64,000 bases of DNA from Dendrobates tinctorius (lineage: Eukaryota): positions 20,026,001 through 20,090,000 of the forward strand of contig NW_027361797.1 of assembly GCF_039654945.1 (NCBI RefSeq), written 5' to 3'. Within the stretch, counting starts at the first letter, position 1. The number at the start of each line of letters is the position of its first letter. The translations under genes were made by a program, and so were the position numbers. The notes below the pieces were generated by a model, which searched no databases, was not told the DNA's origin, and worked only from the letters and a program-made list of their open reading frames with translations. Shown piece after piece: positions 1 to 12,480 of this stretch.

Positions 1-370
1 CACATTGTTGTGTTCTACGCTGAGCACTTACGTTGGGTCTTTTGTGTAAATCCCACAATAATTCAATTCAGACGAACCACCCACCATAATGAGGTAGATG
101 GAGACACTTTGGAGTCCGTTTGAGTCTGCTTTGATGGTATCCATCTTTTTAGGTGTACACAGATCTGTTGTCGTCCACACTTGTTCTCTAAACAGACGCC
201 TTAGATGATGACACACCGCCGGAACAGAGACCAGTCCAAAGTGACCCCATCTGCCTCATAAATGAGTGGTTTCGTCCGGGGTTTTGTCTGCATCGTGGTT
301 TTGGGGAATATACAACGAATCCCCAACGTAAGCACTCAGTGGAGAGCGCAGAATAATTGTGAGCCCAGCC
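1..370. mobile_element. PIF/Harbinger-type MITE, left end outside the window
   Basis: Ends TGTGAGCCCAGCC followed by TTA (371-373); CTGAGCACTTACGTTGGG near 20-37 is inverted relative to CCCCAACGTAAGCACTCAG near 321-339. Confidence 0.65.
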
Positions 371-813
371 TTATTCCGATTTTTGGGAGGTAGAGTGAAC
401 AAATAGATAGTGATAAGGTGGATTTATTCTTCGAGTAGGTGCAATTACAGCAATACCAGATTTCTATTGGGATTTTTTTTAGGCTTTGCTGCTATCACAC
501 AGTAAAAGAAGTTTTTTTTATAAAGATTAGTTTTCTCGTCGCCATATTCTGAAAGCTTGTTTTTACAGGATGAGTTGCAGATTTTTTTTAGTATCATTTT
601 AAGGCACATAATATTTTTTTGATCACTTTTTATTCAGATTTTTCAAGCACAAAATTAACAAAACCTAAGCAATTCAATTATTGTTTTTATTTTTTATTTT
701 TTGCACCGTTTACCGTGCGGTAAAAGTGATAAGACTGATTTGTTCGTCGGTACAATTAAAGATATTCCAGATTTATATTTTTATGCTTTTATATTTTTAC
801 AGACTAAATGTGC

Positions 814-1280
814 ATAATAAAGTGCATAGTGGGAACAGGCTAAAAACAGCCAATCATAAAGTGCATAGAAATATGACTCCTTGAAAAAAGCCACGGTAGG
901 CGAAACGTACATTGGAGGGAACTTGAGACGCACTGTGCCATTTATTATGGGTATCTATGATCTAGTCATATTTTCTATGCACTTTATGATTGGCTGTTTT
1001 TAGCCTGTTCACACTATGCACTTTATTATTGCTATTATGTTCATATGATCACTTTGCTATTGTGGCCAATGTGTCTATTATGCATCTATCTCCTTGTGAT
1101 ATTATATTATGGTATTTTATTATGTCCACTTGCTCTGTTTTTCCTTTTTTGTGCAATTAAATAAATTTATTTGAGTCTTTATTTTTCCGGACTCCTTTTG
1201 TTTTTTTCATCTTTTTTGAGAAGGTTATGCTAATAATGAATATCCATTTATGCCTTGGAGTTATTAAGTGATTTTGTTGT
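814..1280 (+). mobile_element. Penelope-like element end (pLTR remnant) with inverted repeat and degenerate hammerhead
   Basis: ~65-bp inverted repeat 814-878/964-1029 encloses CTCC-TTGAAAAA-A-GCC..GGC-GAAA-CGTACATT-GGAG; followed by an AT-rich tail with AATAAA near 1160. Confidence 0.55.
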
Positions 1281-1364
1281 TCACTAAGTTGTTGGCTTAC
1301 TATACCATCTAATCAAAATAATTGAATACTTTGACAATAAAAAAATAGTTTGTCTGCTACATAC

Positions 1365-1428
1365 CTGTAACGATGATCCTTCAGAACTCTGTTGTCTGTA
1401 TATGTCCTCTCTGTTCTCTCCAGCTGGA
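1365..1428 (-). other. candidate internal exon of an unidentified host gene
   Basis: Minus strand tttcattttcag|64 nt|CAG/gtatgt; two frames open (PAGENREDIYRQQSSEGSSLQ or QLERTERTYTDNRVLKDHRY); non-repetitive context; no protein recognised. Confidence 0.3.
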
Positions 1429-2059
1429 CTGAAAATGAAACTGGATAGACGACTATGGCAATTGTCTACTGATAAGATAAAATAAAACACCCCCCACCCT
1501 TTAGGATAAGAGCTCAGAGTAAAGCAAACACACTTTTCAGACAGAATTTATTAGTACTCTTTCAGGTCAGCATTTCACAGAAATTAGATCAGGGAACACA
1601 AGCAAAAAAAGAGAATATGTTCATTTACAATATGAAATGTTGTGAACTGAATTGAACTATTTTACATGAACAGCAGGGTAAAAATATTTGGCCCATAACT
1701 ATACTGGAAGGTAACCCATCAGCAGTATTGTAATGAGAAGATGTATGTATGTGCAAATCTGCATGGACCAAAAAGGACCTAAATAAATTGATAAATAGTA
1801 GTAGATGTAATATATAGTCCATGGCTCCTTTATTTTACTCATAAAATGGCTGGAGATCACTATAAAAGGCTATCAGTCATTTTTGACCAAACAGTACAAG
1901 TGTATAAAAAATTGTGGAGCAAAAAGTAAACAAAAAAAAAAGTACCCATAGTAAGAACCCCTCAAATGAGGAAAAGTCAATCAACCACAAGTTTCAGAAC
2001 CGCATCTTGAATATTTTAAAAAATATTAAAGTTCAAAATCGGTCGTTTTTGACCGAACG

Positions 2060-3798
2060 TAACAGCAGGGACACAACCTGGTTTACGGGTCCTGATTTCT
2101 CATATCGTTCAATGCCTTACAGTGCAAAATCAGACACCTTTGAACTGGTAGACCCAGATACAGATGAAGAAATCTGCCCTCAGGTATCCGTTCTTCTAAC
2201 GGTGGCTTCAGACAATTACCTCAAATCCCACCATTTCAGCAGGTTTTCAACCTGGAACTCACTTGTTCGTGCCATTGCTTGCTTAATTCATGTGGCTCAG
2301 TCTTACAAATCAACATCACCCACCAGTCAGAAGCCTTTTAAAGGAAGGCACCACTGCCAGCAAGCCTTTACTGCTCCAAACCTGGAAAATGCCAAGAACA
2401 TGATCATTCGTACCACACAATGTGAGTGTTACGCGAAGGAAATAGACAACCTCAGCAAGGGTCAACCCATTTCTGACGACAGTGTCTTGAAAAAGCTTGA
2501 TCCAACCAGTCTCACTCCCGCCATGTTACTTACTCAGAAAACCAATGATCCCAGCGCTCCATTGGGAGAATTCAGCAACAAGGACTGTTTTGAATAGGTC
2601 ACCGAGGAGGAAAAAACCTAAACATGCTAAGCACAGAAAAACCAGAGAGGTTGGTAACTATGCAGATTGTAGATCCCTGATCCTACCACACAACTAGCAG
2701 CAGCCGTGAAGCGTGCCTACGATGAACCTAGACGCCTCGTCACGACAAGAGGACTAAATATGCCTAAAGCAAGAAAAGGGAAAACTAACTGCCCCAGAGC
2801 AGACCCCAAAGGAATAGACAGCCCCCACACATGTATTGACGGTGAAACAAGATGAAAACACAAACACAGGTAGGAAAATAGGCTGAGCAAACAATGGGGC
2901 CCAAACTAACTAGAAAGGAGAGGAAAGGACAGACACTATCTGCAATCTGCCCAAAACCCTACAAAATAATGTCCAACACTTCTGATAACAAAATTAACCC
3001 TGAAGTCACTAGACTTCTCCCACTATATCAGCACTCTGAAATATTCTGAGACAGAGCAAAAAGAGGCCAATCTAATAAGGGACAAAAAGCAAATTGGCAA
3101 ACACAGATAAATAAGAGTGGAAATTCAGCACAGCCCAAGCCGAGGCTGGCTGACCACACAAAAAACAGATTAGAACAACAAAATCAAGTGTGAACATTAA
3201 CAGAGAAACTTAGCTTGAGCTGACTGGAACACAGCTGAGAACCAAGATCTGACAAGCAGAAGGAATCACCAGCAAATGAATAGGGCGTCGGCTGTCTTAA
3301 ATCCAATCTGAGACTCCTGAGATCCAATCGTCATCCTCATTCTCAGGTGGCAGATCTCCACCGATCAAATCAGCCTCACTACCTCCCGTTACCACCAGAG
3401 GGAGTCTGGAAGGAGAACTCACAACTGGTGAACCAGAGAATGAACTCATAACAAAGGACCTCTACAGACGTCGATGGAGACAAGTTCAAAGTCTCTCCAA
3501 AACTTTCTGGGATAGATGGAGAAAGCAATATCTCTCCACCTTACAGCCTAGGAAGAAGTGGCAGATCAACAAGCCGAACATCAAACCTGGTGATATTGTG
3601 CTCATGAAGGACAGTCAGACACATCGAAAAGAGTGGCCTCTGGGCCTCATCACCAAGGTATTCCCAAGTAAAGATGAGAAGGTGTGCAAGGTCGAGGTCA
3701 AAGTGTGGAAGGCTGGGGAGAGTAAAATATTCCTCAGACCAGTTGTGGAGCTAATTCTATTGCTTTCGCCAAAAGAGCCTGTAAGTGGCATCAGTTGA
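2060..3798 (+). pseudogene. BEL/Pao LTR retrotransposon pol remnant (integrase core deleted, interrupted by a solo LTR)
   Basis: Pao-type motifs WFTGPDF, FSRFSTWNSLVRAIA, LTPAMLLTQK and C-terminal WRQVQ..FWDRWRKQYL..GDIVLMKD..WPLGLITKVFP..RPVVELILL; polypurine tract CAGGCGGGGAG just before 3813. Confidence 0.9.
2586..3453 (-). mobile_element. solo LTR (probably Gypsy) inserted in BEL pol
   Basis: TGTTTTGA...TCATAACA termini; AAGGAC on both sides (2580-2585, 3454-3459); removing it restores NKDLYRRRWRQVQ. Strand is tentative. Confidence 0.85.
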
Positions 3799-3812
3799 TG
3801 CCAGGCGGGGAG

Positions 3813-4523
3813 TGTTCTGCCCTCTGAATATAGGGCAGCCTGTTGAGTTACGTGCTCTGAATAAAGCAATCTGTTTGTATTATTGCTGGGTTAATTATAG
3901 CACCATCTAGTGGTGGCTGAATTTATAGCTGCATCTTAAACAGCATTCACAGTCTGTGCCTTTAGCAGAAGCAATGCACTTTGGGATTGAAGCAATGCAT
4001 TGTGGGAACTATGCAGTGTATTCTGGGATGAAGGAGACTCCATTTTCCTTTTGTGGATCTCATAGGACGCACATGTGAATTTTGTCCTCCTGTTACCTTT
4101 GTTTTCCTGTAACTTCTCTTCTTGAGTTGCTATCTGGGTAGAATATATCTGGTAAGGATGGTAAGGATCAGTGTTTTCTTGCAATGCAGTGATTTACAGA
4201 GGTGTTATTTACTGTCTAGCAGCAAGGAGATGTCATTAACCATTTAGCTACCAGTTCATAGTGAATGTAATCAGGGACTCATATATTCTCATGTAATGTG
4301 TGCATCACAGTACACTTTCCATAAAAGTGTTAGCTGTGTTATCATCGGCCGAATACTTACTTATGTCATTTGTATTCCTTGTAGTTTTACTGCGCATGTT
4401 CTATACTGTTCACCAATAAACAAGCTAGACTACAGAGAACAGTCTGCTTATTTGGAACACAGAACAGTGGTTTATGCTGAATGCTGAATTGCACACCGTG
4501 TCACCGTGTATGAAGGCAGAACA
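3813..4523 (+). mobile_element. 3' LTR of the BEL/Pao element
   Basis: TGTTCTGCC...GGCAGAACA inverted termini immediately after the PPT; internal AATAAA near 4415. Confidence 0.9.
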
Positions 4524-5310
4524 ATTACTTTATTCACTTTTTTGTCAGTCAGTACGGTGAAAAATAGACATTTTTGGCATTTTTGTTTATTAATTTTTTT
4601 ACAGCGTTTGCCATACAGAATAAATAATAGGGCAATTTTATAGAGTGTGTGGTTCCGGATGCAGCGATACCAATTTTCTATACTTTTTTTGTTTTTTTTG
4701 CTTTATCATAAACGCTGAGTTTTGTGTGTCGAAATGGATTTTAGTGATTTGTGTGCACTTATTTTTGCAGTTTTTTTAACTTTTTTACATATTTTACGTA
4801 ACTTTTTACACTTTTTCACTTATTTCCACTCTGGGACATGTATAATTTTCAGTTTGATCACTGGTCTCATACACTGCAATACTCGTGGTACAGCAGTGCG
4901 AGACTGTCAGTGTCTCACTGACTCTGCCTGTGAGACCCAGCTTATAGTTGGATCTCACTGGCCACCGTACCCTGGGGTCATCAAATGACCTTAGGGTACC
5001 CAGGTAACCATTAGGATCCACTATTTTTATTGTGGGGGTCCGATGGTTACTAAGGGGATCTTTTAACCCCATTGTAAACACTTAAATACTGCTGTCGCCA
5101 TTGACAGCAGTATTTAAGGGTTAATCGGCCCCGATGAGCCACAAAACCGGTCAGGGCCAATACCCCTGGCACCCATTGACATGTACAGCTGACACCCACA
5201 GAAATTGCTGCCGCTGGGCGGTGCTATTCTCTTAATCCTCAGCGGCACTGAGGATTAAGGCCCCATAATGACCACCATTAAAAGGCGTATCTGCCATGTT
5301 TAAGGGGATA
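4524..5310. mobile_element. degenerate end of a piggyBac-like non-autonomous element
   Basis: Resembles the right arm of the 20897-24840 element; ends TAAGGGGATA (cf. AAGGGG|TTAA). Similar sequence at ~374-800. Confidence 0.45.
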
Positions 5311-5448
5311 GAGAGCTCAATTTCTCCAGCAGTGACATGCTATTCTCTGAGCAGATGATTTACATTTCCTAAACCAGTCTATAAGGAATACATGTATCTG
5401 ATGAAGGTCAGGGATCTGGCCAAAGCATTATGCACTAAACTGTGGATT

Positions 5449-5700
5449 GCACAGTGGCTCAGTGGATAGCACTGCAGAACTTTCAGCGATGGAGTCCTGG
5501 CTTTAAATCCCACCAATTACAACATCAGCAAGGAGTTTGTATGTTCTCCTCATGTTTGCATGGGTTTCCTCCCACATTCCAAAGACATACTGATAAGAAA
5601 TTTAGATTGTGAGCCCCATCGGGGACAGTGATGATAATGTGTGCAAACTGTAAAGCGCTGCGGAAAATGTTATCGCTATATAAAGATTATTATTATAATA
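5449..5700 (+). mobile_element. V-SINE (tRNA-derived SINE)
   Basis: A box GTGGCTCAGTGG, degenerate B box, V-domain GGAGTTTGTATGTTCTCC..GGGTTTCCTCCCAC..CCAAAGACAT, L2-like tail TGTAAAGCGCTGCGG..GCTATATAAA, (ATT)n end. Confidence 0.85.
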
Positions 5701-5785
5701 AAACACAATAATTTGCATCTTTCTATTAGTGCCAAGTTCTTCAATGTTACTATATGGGATGGGTTCCACTTTGCCGGAACTGTAA

Positions 5786-6750
5786 GGCTGAGTTCACACG
5801 TGGCGTTTTTTTCGCGTTCCCGCGGCGGTTTTAACCGCGCGATTTTGCCGCGAAAACGTGAAAAATAAGCATCCCATGCATTCCCATGGGATTCCACAAT
5901 GCTGTGCTAATGCTGCATTTTTTACCGTGGCGGAATCGCTTCACGGTAAAAAACGCAGCATGCTCATTAATTTAGCGGAATCGCGGCGATCCCGCACCCA
6001 TAGGAATGCATTTTTCTGCTTACTTTCCGCATGTGGCTGTGCACACCATGCGAAAAGTAAGCAGAACATTTGCGGATGGTACCCACGGTCCGGAGGAGAG
6101 GAGACTGTCCTCCGGGCTTTGAGTACCATATCCCTGTAAAAAATAGAATTTAAAATAAAAATATTGCTATTCTCACCTTCCGACGTCCCGCACAGCCTTC
6201 CCGCCTCTCTCCACGCTCCCGGTCCCAGTAAGCCTTTGCGAGCGATGACATCCGTTTTCACGGGATCGTGAAGTCTCACGGTCATTTGCGCGACGTCATC
6301 GCGAATGACCGCGAGACGTCGCGATCCCGCGAGAACAGACGTCATCCCGGTAATTGTCGCAAAGGATTACTGGGACCGGGAGCGTGGAGAGAGGCGGGAA
6401 GGCTGCGCGGGACGCTGGAAGGTGAGAATAACAATATTTTTTTTTATTATTATTTTTTACATTCTATCTTTTACTATTGATGCCGCATAGGTGGTCTCAA
6501 TAGTAAAAAGTTGGTCACCCTCGTCAAACACTATGTTTGACGAGTGTGACCAACCTGTCAATCAGGTCTCCAAACGATACTCCAGATCGCTTGGAAAACG
6601 CTAGCAATTCTGCAAGCTAATTACGCTTGCAAAATGCTAGTTTTTCCACGAGAAAATCGCGGGAATTTAAAATGCGATTTTCCCGCGGAATGGAATTCCG
6701 GAATTCTCGCGGTAATTTCCGTGAGAGTTACGCTACGTGTGAACTTAGCC
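5786..6750. mobile_element. PIF/Harbinger MITE
   Basis: TIR GGCTGAGTTCACACGT/ACGTGTGAACTTAGCC; TAA TSD at 5783-5785 and 6751-6753; internal palindrome ~6145-6445; CpG-rich (young). Nested in an older MITE ending near 7228. Confidence 0.9.
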
Positions 6751-7329
6751 TAAGATGCTGCATTTTTTACACAGCAAAGCGTACAGTATCAAAAACTCAC
6801 CAAAAACTCATTGTGGGCACAAAGAATTACAGTACTAGCAAAGACATGGGATTTCAAACACTTGTTTTTTTTTCTTGACTGTTTTTGATAACTACTGCAC
6901 CATGTCAATTTTGTCAGTATTTTGAAAGCATTTTTTCACCCATAGAAAGCAAGAAGAAAGTAAAGAAATGCTGCCAAAAAAATATGCAACAGCATTTTTC
7001 ACTGCATTTTTGCAGGGCTTTGGGTGAATAAAACTAACTTTATTAGACATGTATTATTGAAAAACTACACGTTATCTGCACCCAAAAAAACGCTGTGATG
7101 AAGCACAACAAAAAATGCTGTAAAATCACTGAACAGGCGTTTTGAAAGAGGTTTTTTTTTTGCTGCCAAGAGAGCAGGTTTTGTATGCCGGAAAATTGGA
7201 ACAAAAACACAGCTTGTGAACATAGCTTTACTTCTGTTTTTGAGGGAAGTCATTTTGGCAACAAACCCTTTCTGTTGTCTTTGCCATTTTCTACACATCA
7301 CTGTTACTCTAGTCCAGGGGTGCACAACA

Positions 7330-8210
7330 TTTTTTCCCTCGTTGATTCTTCCATCTCTTGGCATCACAGACCTATCTTGGATCAATTCATACCTCACTGA
7401 TCGGACATTCAGCGTCTCCCACTCACCTCCTTATCTTTCCCTCTATCTGTCCGTGTCCCCTAAGGTTGAGTTCTAAGACCGCTGCTCTTCTTAAATCTAA
7501 ATCTTTGAGAGCTCATAGAGTCCCACATGTATCAGCATTTCATCCTTTTTCTACACTAGATTTCTAAAACTTAATATGGACAAAACAGAATTCATCATCT
7601 TTCCCCCATCTCACTCAACTCCCCCCAACAGACCTATCCATCAAAGTAAATGGCTGCCGCAAGTTTGCTGTCTCAGGGTAACTCTTGACTGTGATCTCTC
7701 CTTAAATCACATATCCAAACCCATCTAATCCACCTGCCCCCCCTCTATTCCCTGGTTTCTCATTTCTGTCAATCCCTTCACTGGCTCCCCATTGTCTCCA
7801 GGTACTTACCTGCATGCGACCACCGATCTTCACAAGATCTCCTTCTCTAATCCCCTCTTATCTCCTCTTCCAATAATCATATACAAGATTTTTCCCATGC
7901 ATCCCTCTACTCTGGAACTCTCTACTCCAACATATCAGACTCACGCCTACTGTGGAAACCTTCCAAAGGAACCTGAAAACTCACCTCTTCCGACAAGCCT
8001 TCAACTTGCAGTAACTCTCCTCTATACTGCTGCATGACCACATATACCCTCTCCAACTGTATCCTCACCCATTACTTGTAGAGTTTGAGTCCTCAAGGGC
8101 AGGGTACTCTCTCCTCTTGTACTAGTCAGTCTCTTATTTTGTTTAAGATTAATGTGCTTGATTTTAATTATGCATATCCCTTTTCAAATGTAAAGTGCCA
8201 TGGAATAAAT
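7330..8210 (+). mobile_element. L2 LINE 3' fragment, internally deleted
   Basis: RT remnants WINSYLTDRTFSVS and LKLNMDKTEFIIFP; L2 3' tail ...TGAGTCCTCAAGGGCAGGG...TGTAAAGTGCCATGGAATAAAT. Confidence 0.85.
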
Positions 8211-8220
8211 TACCTTGTAA

Positions 8221-9481
8221 TCTATATATATAAAACTGAATGTATGTATATGTGTATCACCAACCAATCACAAAGAAGCTTTCATTTCGCCAGAGCTGTT
8301 CAAAAGAAGCTGAGCTGTGATTGGTTGCTATGAGCAAGTTTTCCAACTTGACAACACCTCAGCAGACACTGACTGGGTGGGAGAAATCTGGCATCCCGGG
8401 GAACATAAGCTCCCAGCCATTGTCTGCGCCACAGATAGGAGCACAGAGCACTTTGGTTTTGACCCCAGGCCTCTCTTAAAGGGATCCCCGGTATGGAAGT
8501 AAAAACCATTCCACTCAGCTCTGTGGTTCTGACCCCAGGGTCTCTTAAAGGGATCATTGGTGTGGAAGTTAGGTCAAATCCACTCTGCACTTTGGTACTG
8601 ACCTCAGGCCTTTCTTAAAGGGATCCCTGGTATGGAAGTCAGGGCAATTGCCTTCAAATGCTCTGGTACTGACCCCAGGCTCTCTTAAAGGGATCTCCTG
8701 TATGCAAGTCAGGGCAAATCCATCCAGCGCTCTGGTTCTGATCCCAGGCTCTCGTAAAGGCATCCCCGTTATGGAAGTCAGGGCAAATCCACTCTGCGCT
8801 TTGGTACTGACTCCAGGCCTCTCTTAAAGGGATCTCCAGTATGGAAGTTAGGGTAAATCTACTCAGCACTCTGGTTCTGATTCCAGACTCTCTTAAAGGG
8901 ATCCCCGGTATGGAAGTTAGGGCAAATCCACTCAGCGCTCTGGTTCTGACCAAAGGCCCCTCTTAAAGGGATCCCTGGTATGGAAGTGAGGGCAAATCCA
9001 CTCTGCACTTTGGTACAGACCCCAGGCCTCTCTTAAAGGGATCTCCGGAATGGAAGTTAGGGTAAATCCTTCAGCGCTCTGATTCTCACCCCAGGCTTCT
9101 GTTAAAGGGATCGTTGTTATGGAGTTCAGGGCAAATCCACTCAGCGCTCTGGTTCTGATGCCAGGCCTCTCTTAAATGGATCCCCAGTATGGAAGTTAGG
9201 ATCGTTCCACTCAGCACTCTGGTTCTGACCCCAGACTGACGGGATGATGTGGGATATTAGGGGGAGTAGTCCAGTGGCTCTGGCTGACGGGATGATGTGA
9301 GATATTAGGGGCAGTGGTCCGGTGGCTCTGGCTGACGGGATGATGACCCATATATTATAGTGAATGTGGAGTGGGCGGGGCTCTACACTCAGCTTTATAT
9401 ATATAGATATAATCATTATAATTTCTTATAACTAGCCGTAGTTAGTTACTATGCCCGGGCAGCGCCGGGCTCTTCAGCTAG
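8221..9481 (+). mobile_element. non-autonomous Helitron
   Basis: A|TCTATATATATAA start; GCCCGG-gcagcg-CCGGGC hairpin 9453-9470; CTAG|T end; no TSD. Confidence 0.85.
8445..9235 (+). repeat. ~69-70 bp minisatellite, about 11 copies, inside the Helitron
   Basis: Unit CTGGTTCTGACCCCAGGCCTCTCTTAAAGGGATCCCCGGTATGGAAGTTAGGGCAAATCCACTCAGCGCT; core recurs at ~8475, 8544, 8614 ... 9171. Confidence 0.95.
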
Positions 9482-10563
9482 TAATTAATAATGATTCAGC
9501 CCTTTACTGTTATCCTGATTAGCTGGCATGTGTTTTAGTTTAGATTTATTTGATTTTTCTCAGGGATTATACGTTATATAAGTGGAGAAAAATTGTAGGT
9601 TATAACATTACTGCAACCCCAGAACCACATCAGTACATGAATACAGCACCAGATCCACAAACAGTACATGCATGCAGTGCCAAAAACAACCATCAGTACA
9701 TGAATGCAGCACCAGAAACACTGTTAGGACATTGATGCTGTACATGTATATGGCACCAAGCTAAATACATTGTTCAAATGTACTGTCTGGTCAGCGTCCT
9801 ACATAATTGTATTGCATGGACCTACAACTCCCAGTATGTTATTTTCAAAGGTAAGGAGAAACTGGGAATTGTTAACAGCCATCATCAGTCTGTTGACAAT
9901 GCAGGAACCACAGTATTGATGAGACTCAGACACAGTATCACAGATAGAAATTTACATCTGGGTACCTTATAGTTGGTATCTTCTTTAATTGCATTTCACA
10001 CCCAGAGCTCATCTCTCCAGGCTTCACTGTTCTCCAGTCTTCAGCAGCACTTCCTGACACAGTACCCTTAAAAATAAAAGTATCATTGTAATGCCTCATA
10101 AATAGAAATAGCTCACATGCTTTGCTCCAGAATAAATATTTGCTCCTCACTGTGCTTCCTGCACAAATATCCCTCCACACTGCCCTTCTCCATATTCCTG
10201 ACACACTGCACTTTTCCACAATGCCTCCCTGATATTTTAATCTTTAATCTTTGTGATAATCTTTGCTTAATCTTCTGCCCTTCCATGTAGTATTTACTGG
10301 TGGAATCAGCAGCAGTGTGATGAGGTCACAGTATGCTAACCTCATCATGCCACTGCACATCAGGTCGGGGGCTGATGGGCTCTCCTCTGCATCAGTCCCG
10401 GCACCCAAGAGTTCAAACGTATCCACATCTAAAATACAAAAATACATTTGAACATAAGTGGAAGGGAGCGACGTCTCCTGGTCCCTGCGGGCCACAGCAA
10501 ACCCTTTGTGGGCAGCATGCGACCTGCAGGTTGTATGTTAAGCAGATTCGCTCTAGACTATAA

Positions 10564-10970
10564 AGGTACTGTCACACTTAGCGATGCACCAGCGATCCCG
10601 ACCAGTGATATGACGCGGTCAGGATCGCTGGTACATCGCTAAGTGGTCGCTAGTGAGCTGCCACACAGGCAGATCTCACCAGTGACATATCAGCGGTCGG
10701 GGGTCGCTACTTACCTGTCAGACGAGGCGATCCTGACGTCCTCCCACCTGCGTCCACGCGTCGCTCGTCTCCACAGCAAGAAGCCCAGCAGGAAGCTGAC
10801 GACGAGAAATGGCTCAGGACGTTCTCGCGCGATCAGCGATAACCAGCGGGGGAGCGGTCTGGGGTAAGTATCAGACATAGCGATATCGCTAGCAATATCA
10901 CTATAACGTCACAAAAACCAGTGATGTTATAGCGATATTGCTAGCGATATCGCTTAGTGTGACAGGCCCT
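10564..10970 (+). mobile_element. PIF/Harbinger MITE, family A copy 1
   Basis: AGGTACTGTCACACTTAGCGAT...ATCGCTTAGTGTGACAGGCCCT with TAA flanks; near-identical inverted copy at 48508-48913. Confidence 0.9.
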
Positions 10971-11573
10971 TAATACACAAATGTAAAAATCACAGTGCTA
11001 CAATCCAGTGAGGCCTGTACTGCCACTGCTGTATTATCTGCAGCACAGCAGGTCAGTAGAAACATACAAATGAGAGAAATACAAATGAGCACAGTGCAAT
11101 GTAACAGAATCCCTACAAGTAAAAAGATTAAATAAAAAACACATCAAAACTCATGCAAAAAAAAGAAAACAGGGTAAATATATCTCACAGTACAGTTATT
11201 GTAAAAACATGGCATAAAGAATGTAAAGAAGGAAGAAGTTGAGAACACACTAATAAAGAAAAGCCTGCAAGACCTCACAATTCCCCAAAAAAGAAGAATA
11301 ACAAAATGTAAAAAATAAAAAATAAAAAAATGGAGACATTGGGAATGGACTTTAGGAATCATGCAACTAAGAAAAAATTGGTCAAATCAGAGAAGACTGA
11401 AGGAAGAATTTGCCACAATTTTAATTAAAGGATATGGACATCTCCAAGTGCATTTTTTTACTTAAATATATTTTTAGAGCTAAAAATAATTTGGCAGGGT
11501 GCTTGTAACTCTTATCTTTATCTGAGCTTCTCTCAGTAGATTTATGATTTCATGGCAGTTCCGCTTTCCTTTA

Positions 11574-11892
11574 GGGGTCATTCAGGAGTCCAATTTTTTT
11601 CATATAGGAGAAAAACGGACCAATTATTTCGATCAGAGTTTGATCACAGTTTGGTCCGAGTGTCATCGGTTTTTCATGTACATGGAGAAAATTGAAAAAC
11701 GTTTTTTAACCTTCTCTTTTCTGACAGCCTGAAAATTAGACCAAACTCTCGTGTCATCAGAGATCCGAGTGCAGTCCGATTTTTTTTTCATGGACCCAAA
11801 GACTTGCATTAGCAATTTTGATCAGACAACCAAATCGGACATAAAAAGCACAGATAGCCCCCGACATGAAAATCTATGCCTGAAAGAGACCT
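11574..11892. mobile_element. degenerate Harbinger-type MITE
   Basis: TTA|GGGGTCATTCAG ... CTGAAAGAGACC imperfect TIRs. Confidence 0.45.
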
Positions 11893-12480
11893 GTGGTCAC
11901 AAATCATAAGGGAGGAGCTCAAAAAATAGATTATTAAAAGAGTTAGTACCTCTCCTTGAGAAAAAATTCACTGATAGATTGTTGGTGAATTTCATTTTGA
12001 AGCCTGAAATAGACAAAGGCTATTGAAGGCTAACAGTGCAAAATAAAAAATAAAATAAGAATCCAGATGGGGCACTTACGACTTAGCAGGTAACAGGACC
12101 TCTCTAATTCTGCATCTACTACTCGTGTTTGTTCCAAGTTCCACTGGCAAAAACTTTTTCAATTATTTTTCCTTGTCTCTGGCATAGGCACAGTATGTGA
12201 ACCATGAAAAAAATTAGGAAATTCCCGCAACCGCAAAAGTAATAAAGCATCACATTTATTGGTAGATTAAAACATGAAAAAGAAAAATTTTAAACCCTCG
12301 ATAGTATAACGGTCAACACGTTTTGAGCTACACTAGCTCTTAATCTTGCACAACCCTAATTAAAGTTGCTACAAAGAAGACAGCTGTAGATGATATGCAC
12401 AATCAAGTATGTTTCGGTCTCTATGTATAACAGAAACAGGTAGGTGGCTTGGATATTAACTCAAGGGCCCACATAGAGTG

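Noticed and set aside
1914-2597. 227-aa ORF as a host gene
   Set aside because: Low-complexity N-terminus fused by chance to a deleted BEL pol fragment, ending inside an inserted LTR.
8445-9235. CRISPR-like regular repeat
   Set aside because: The whole unit repeats with no unique spacers, there are no cas genes, and the context is eukaryotic.
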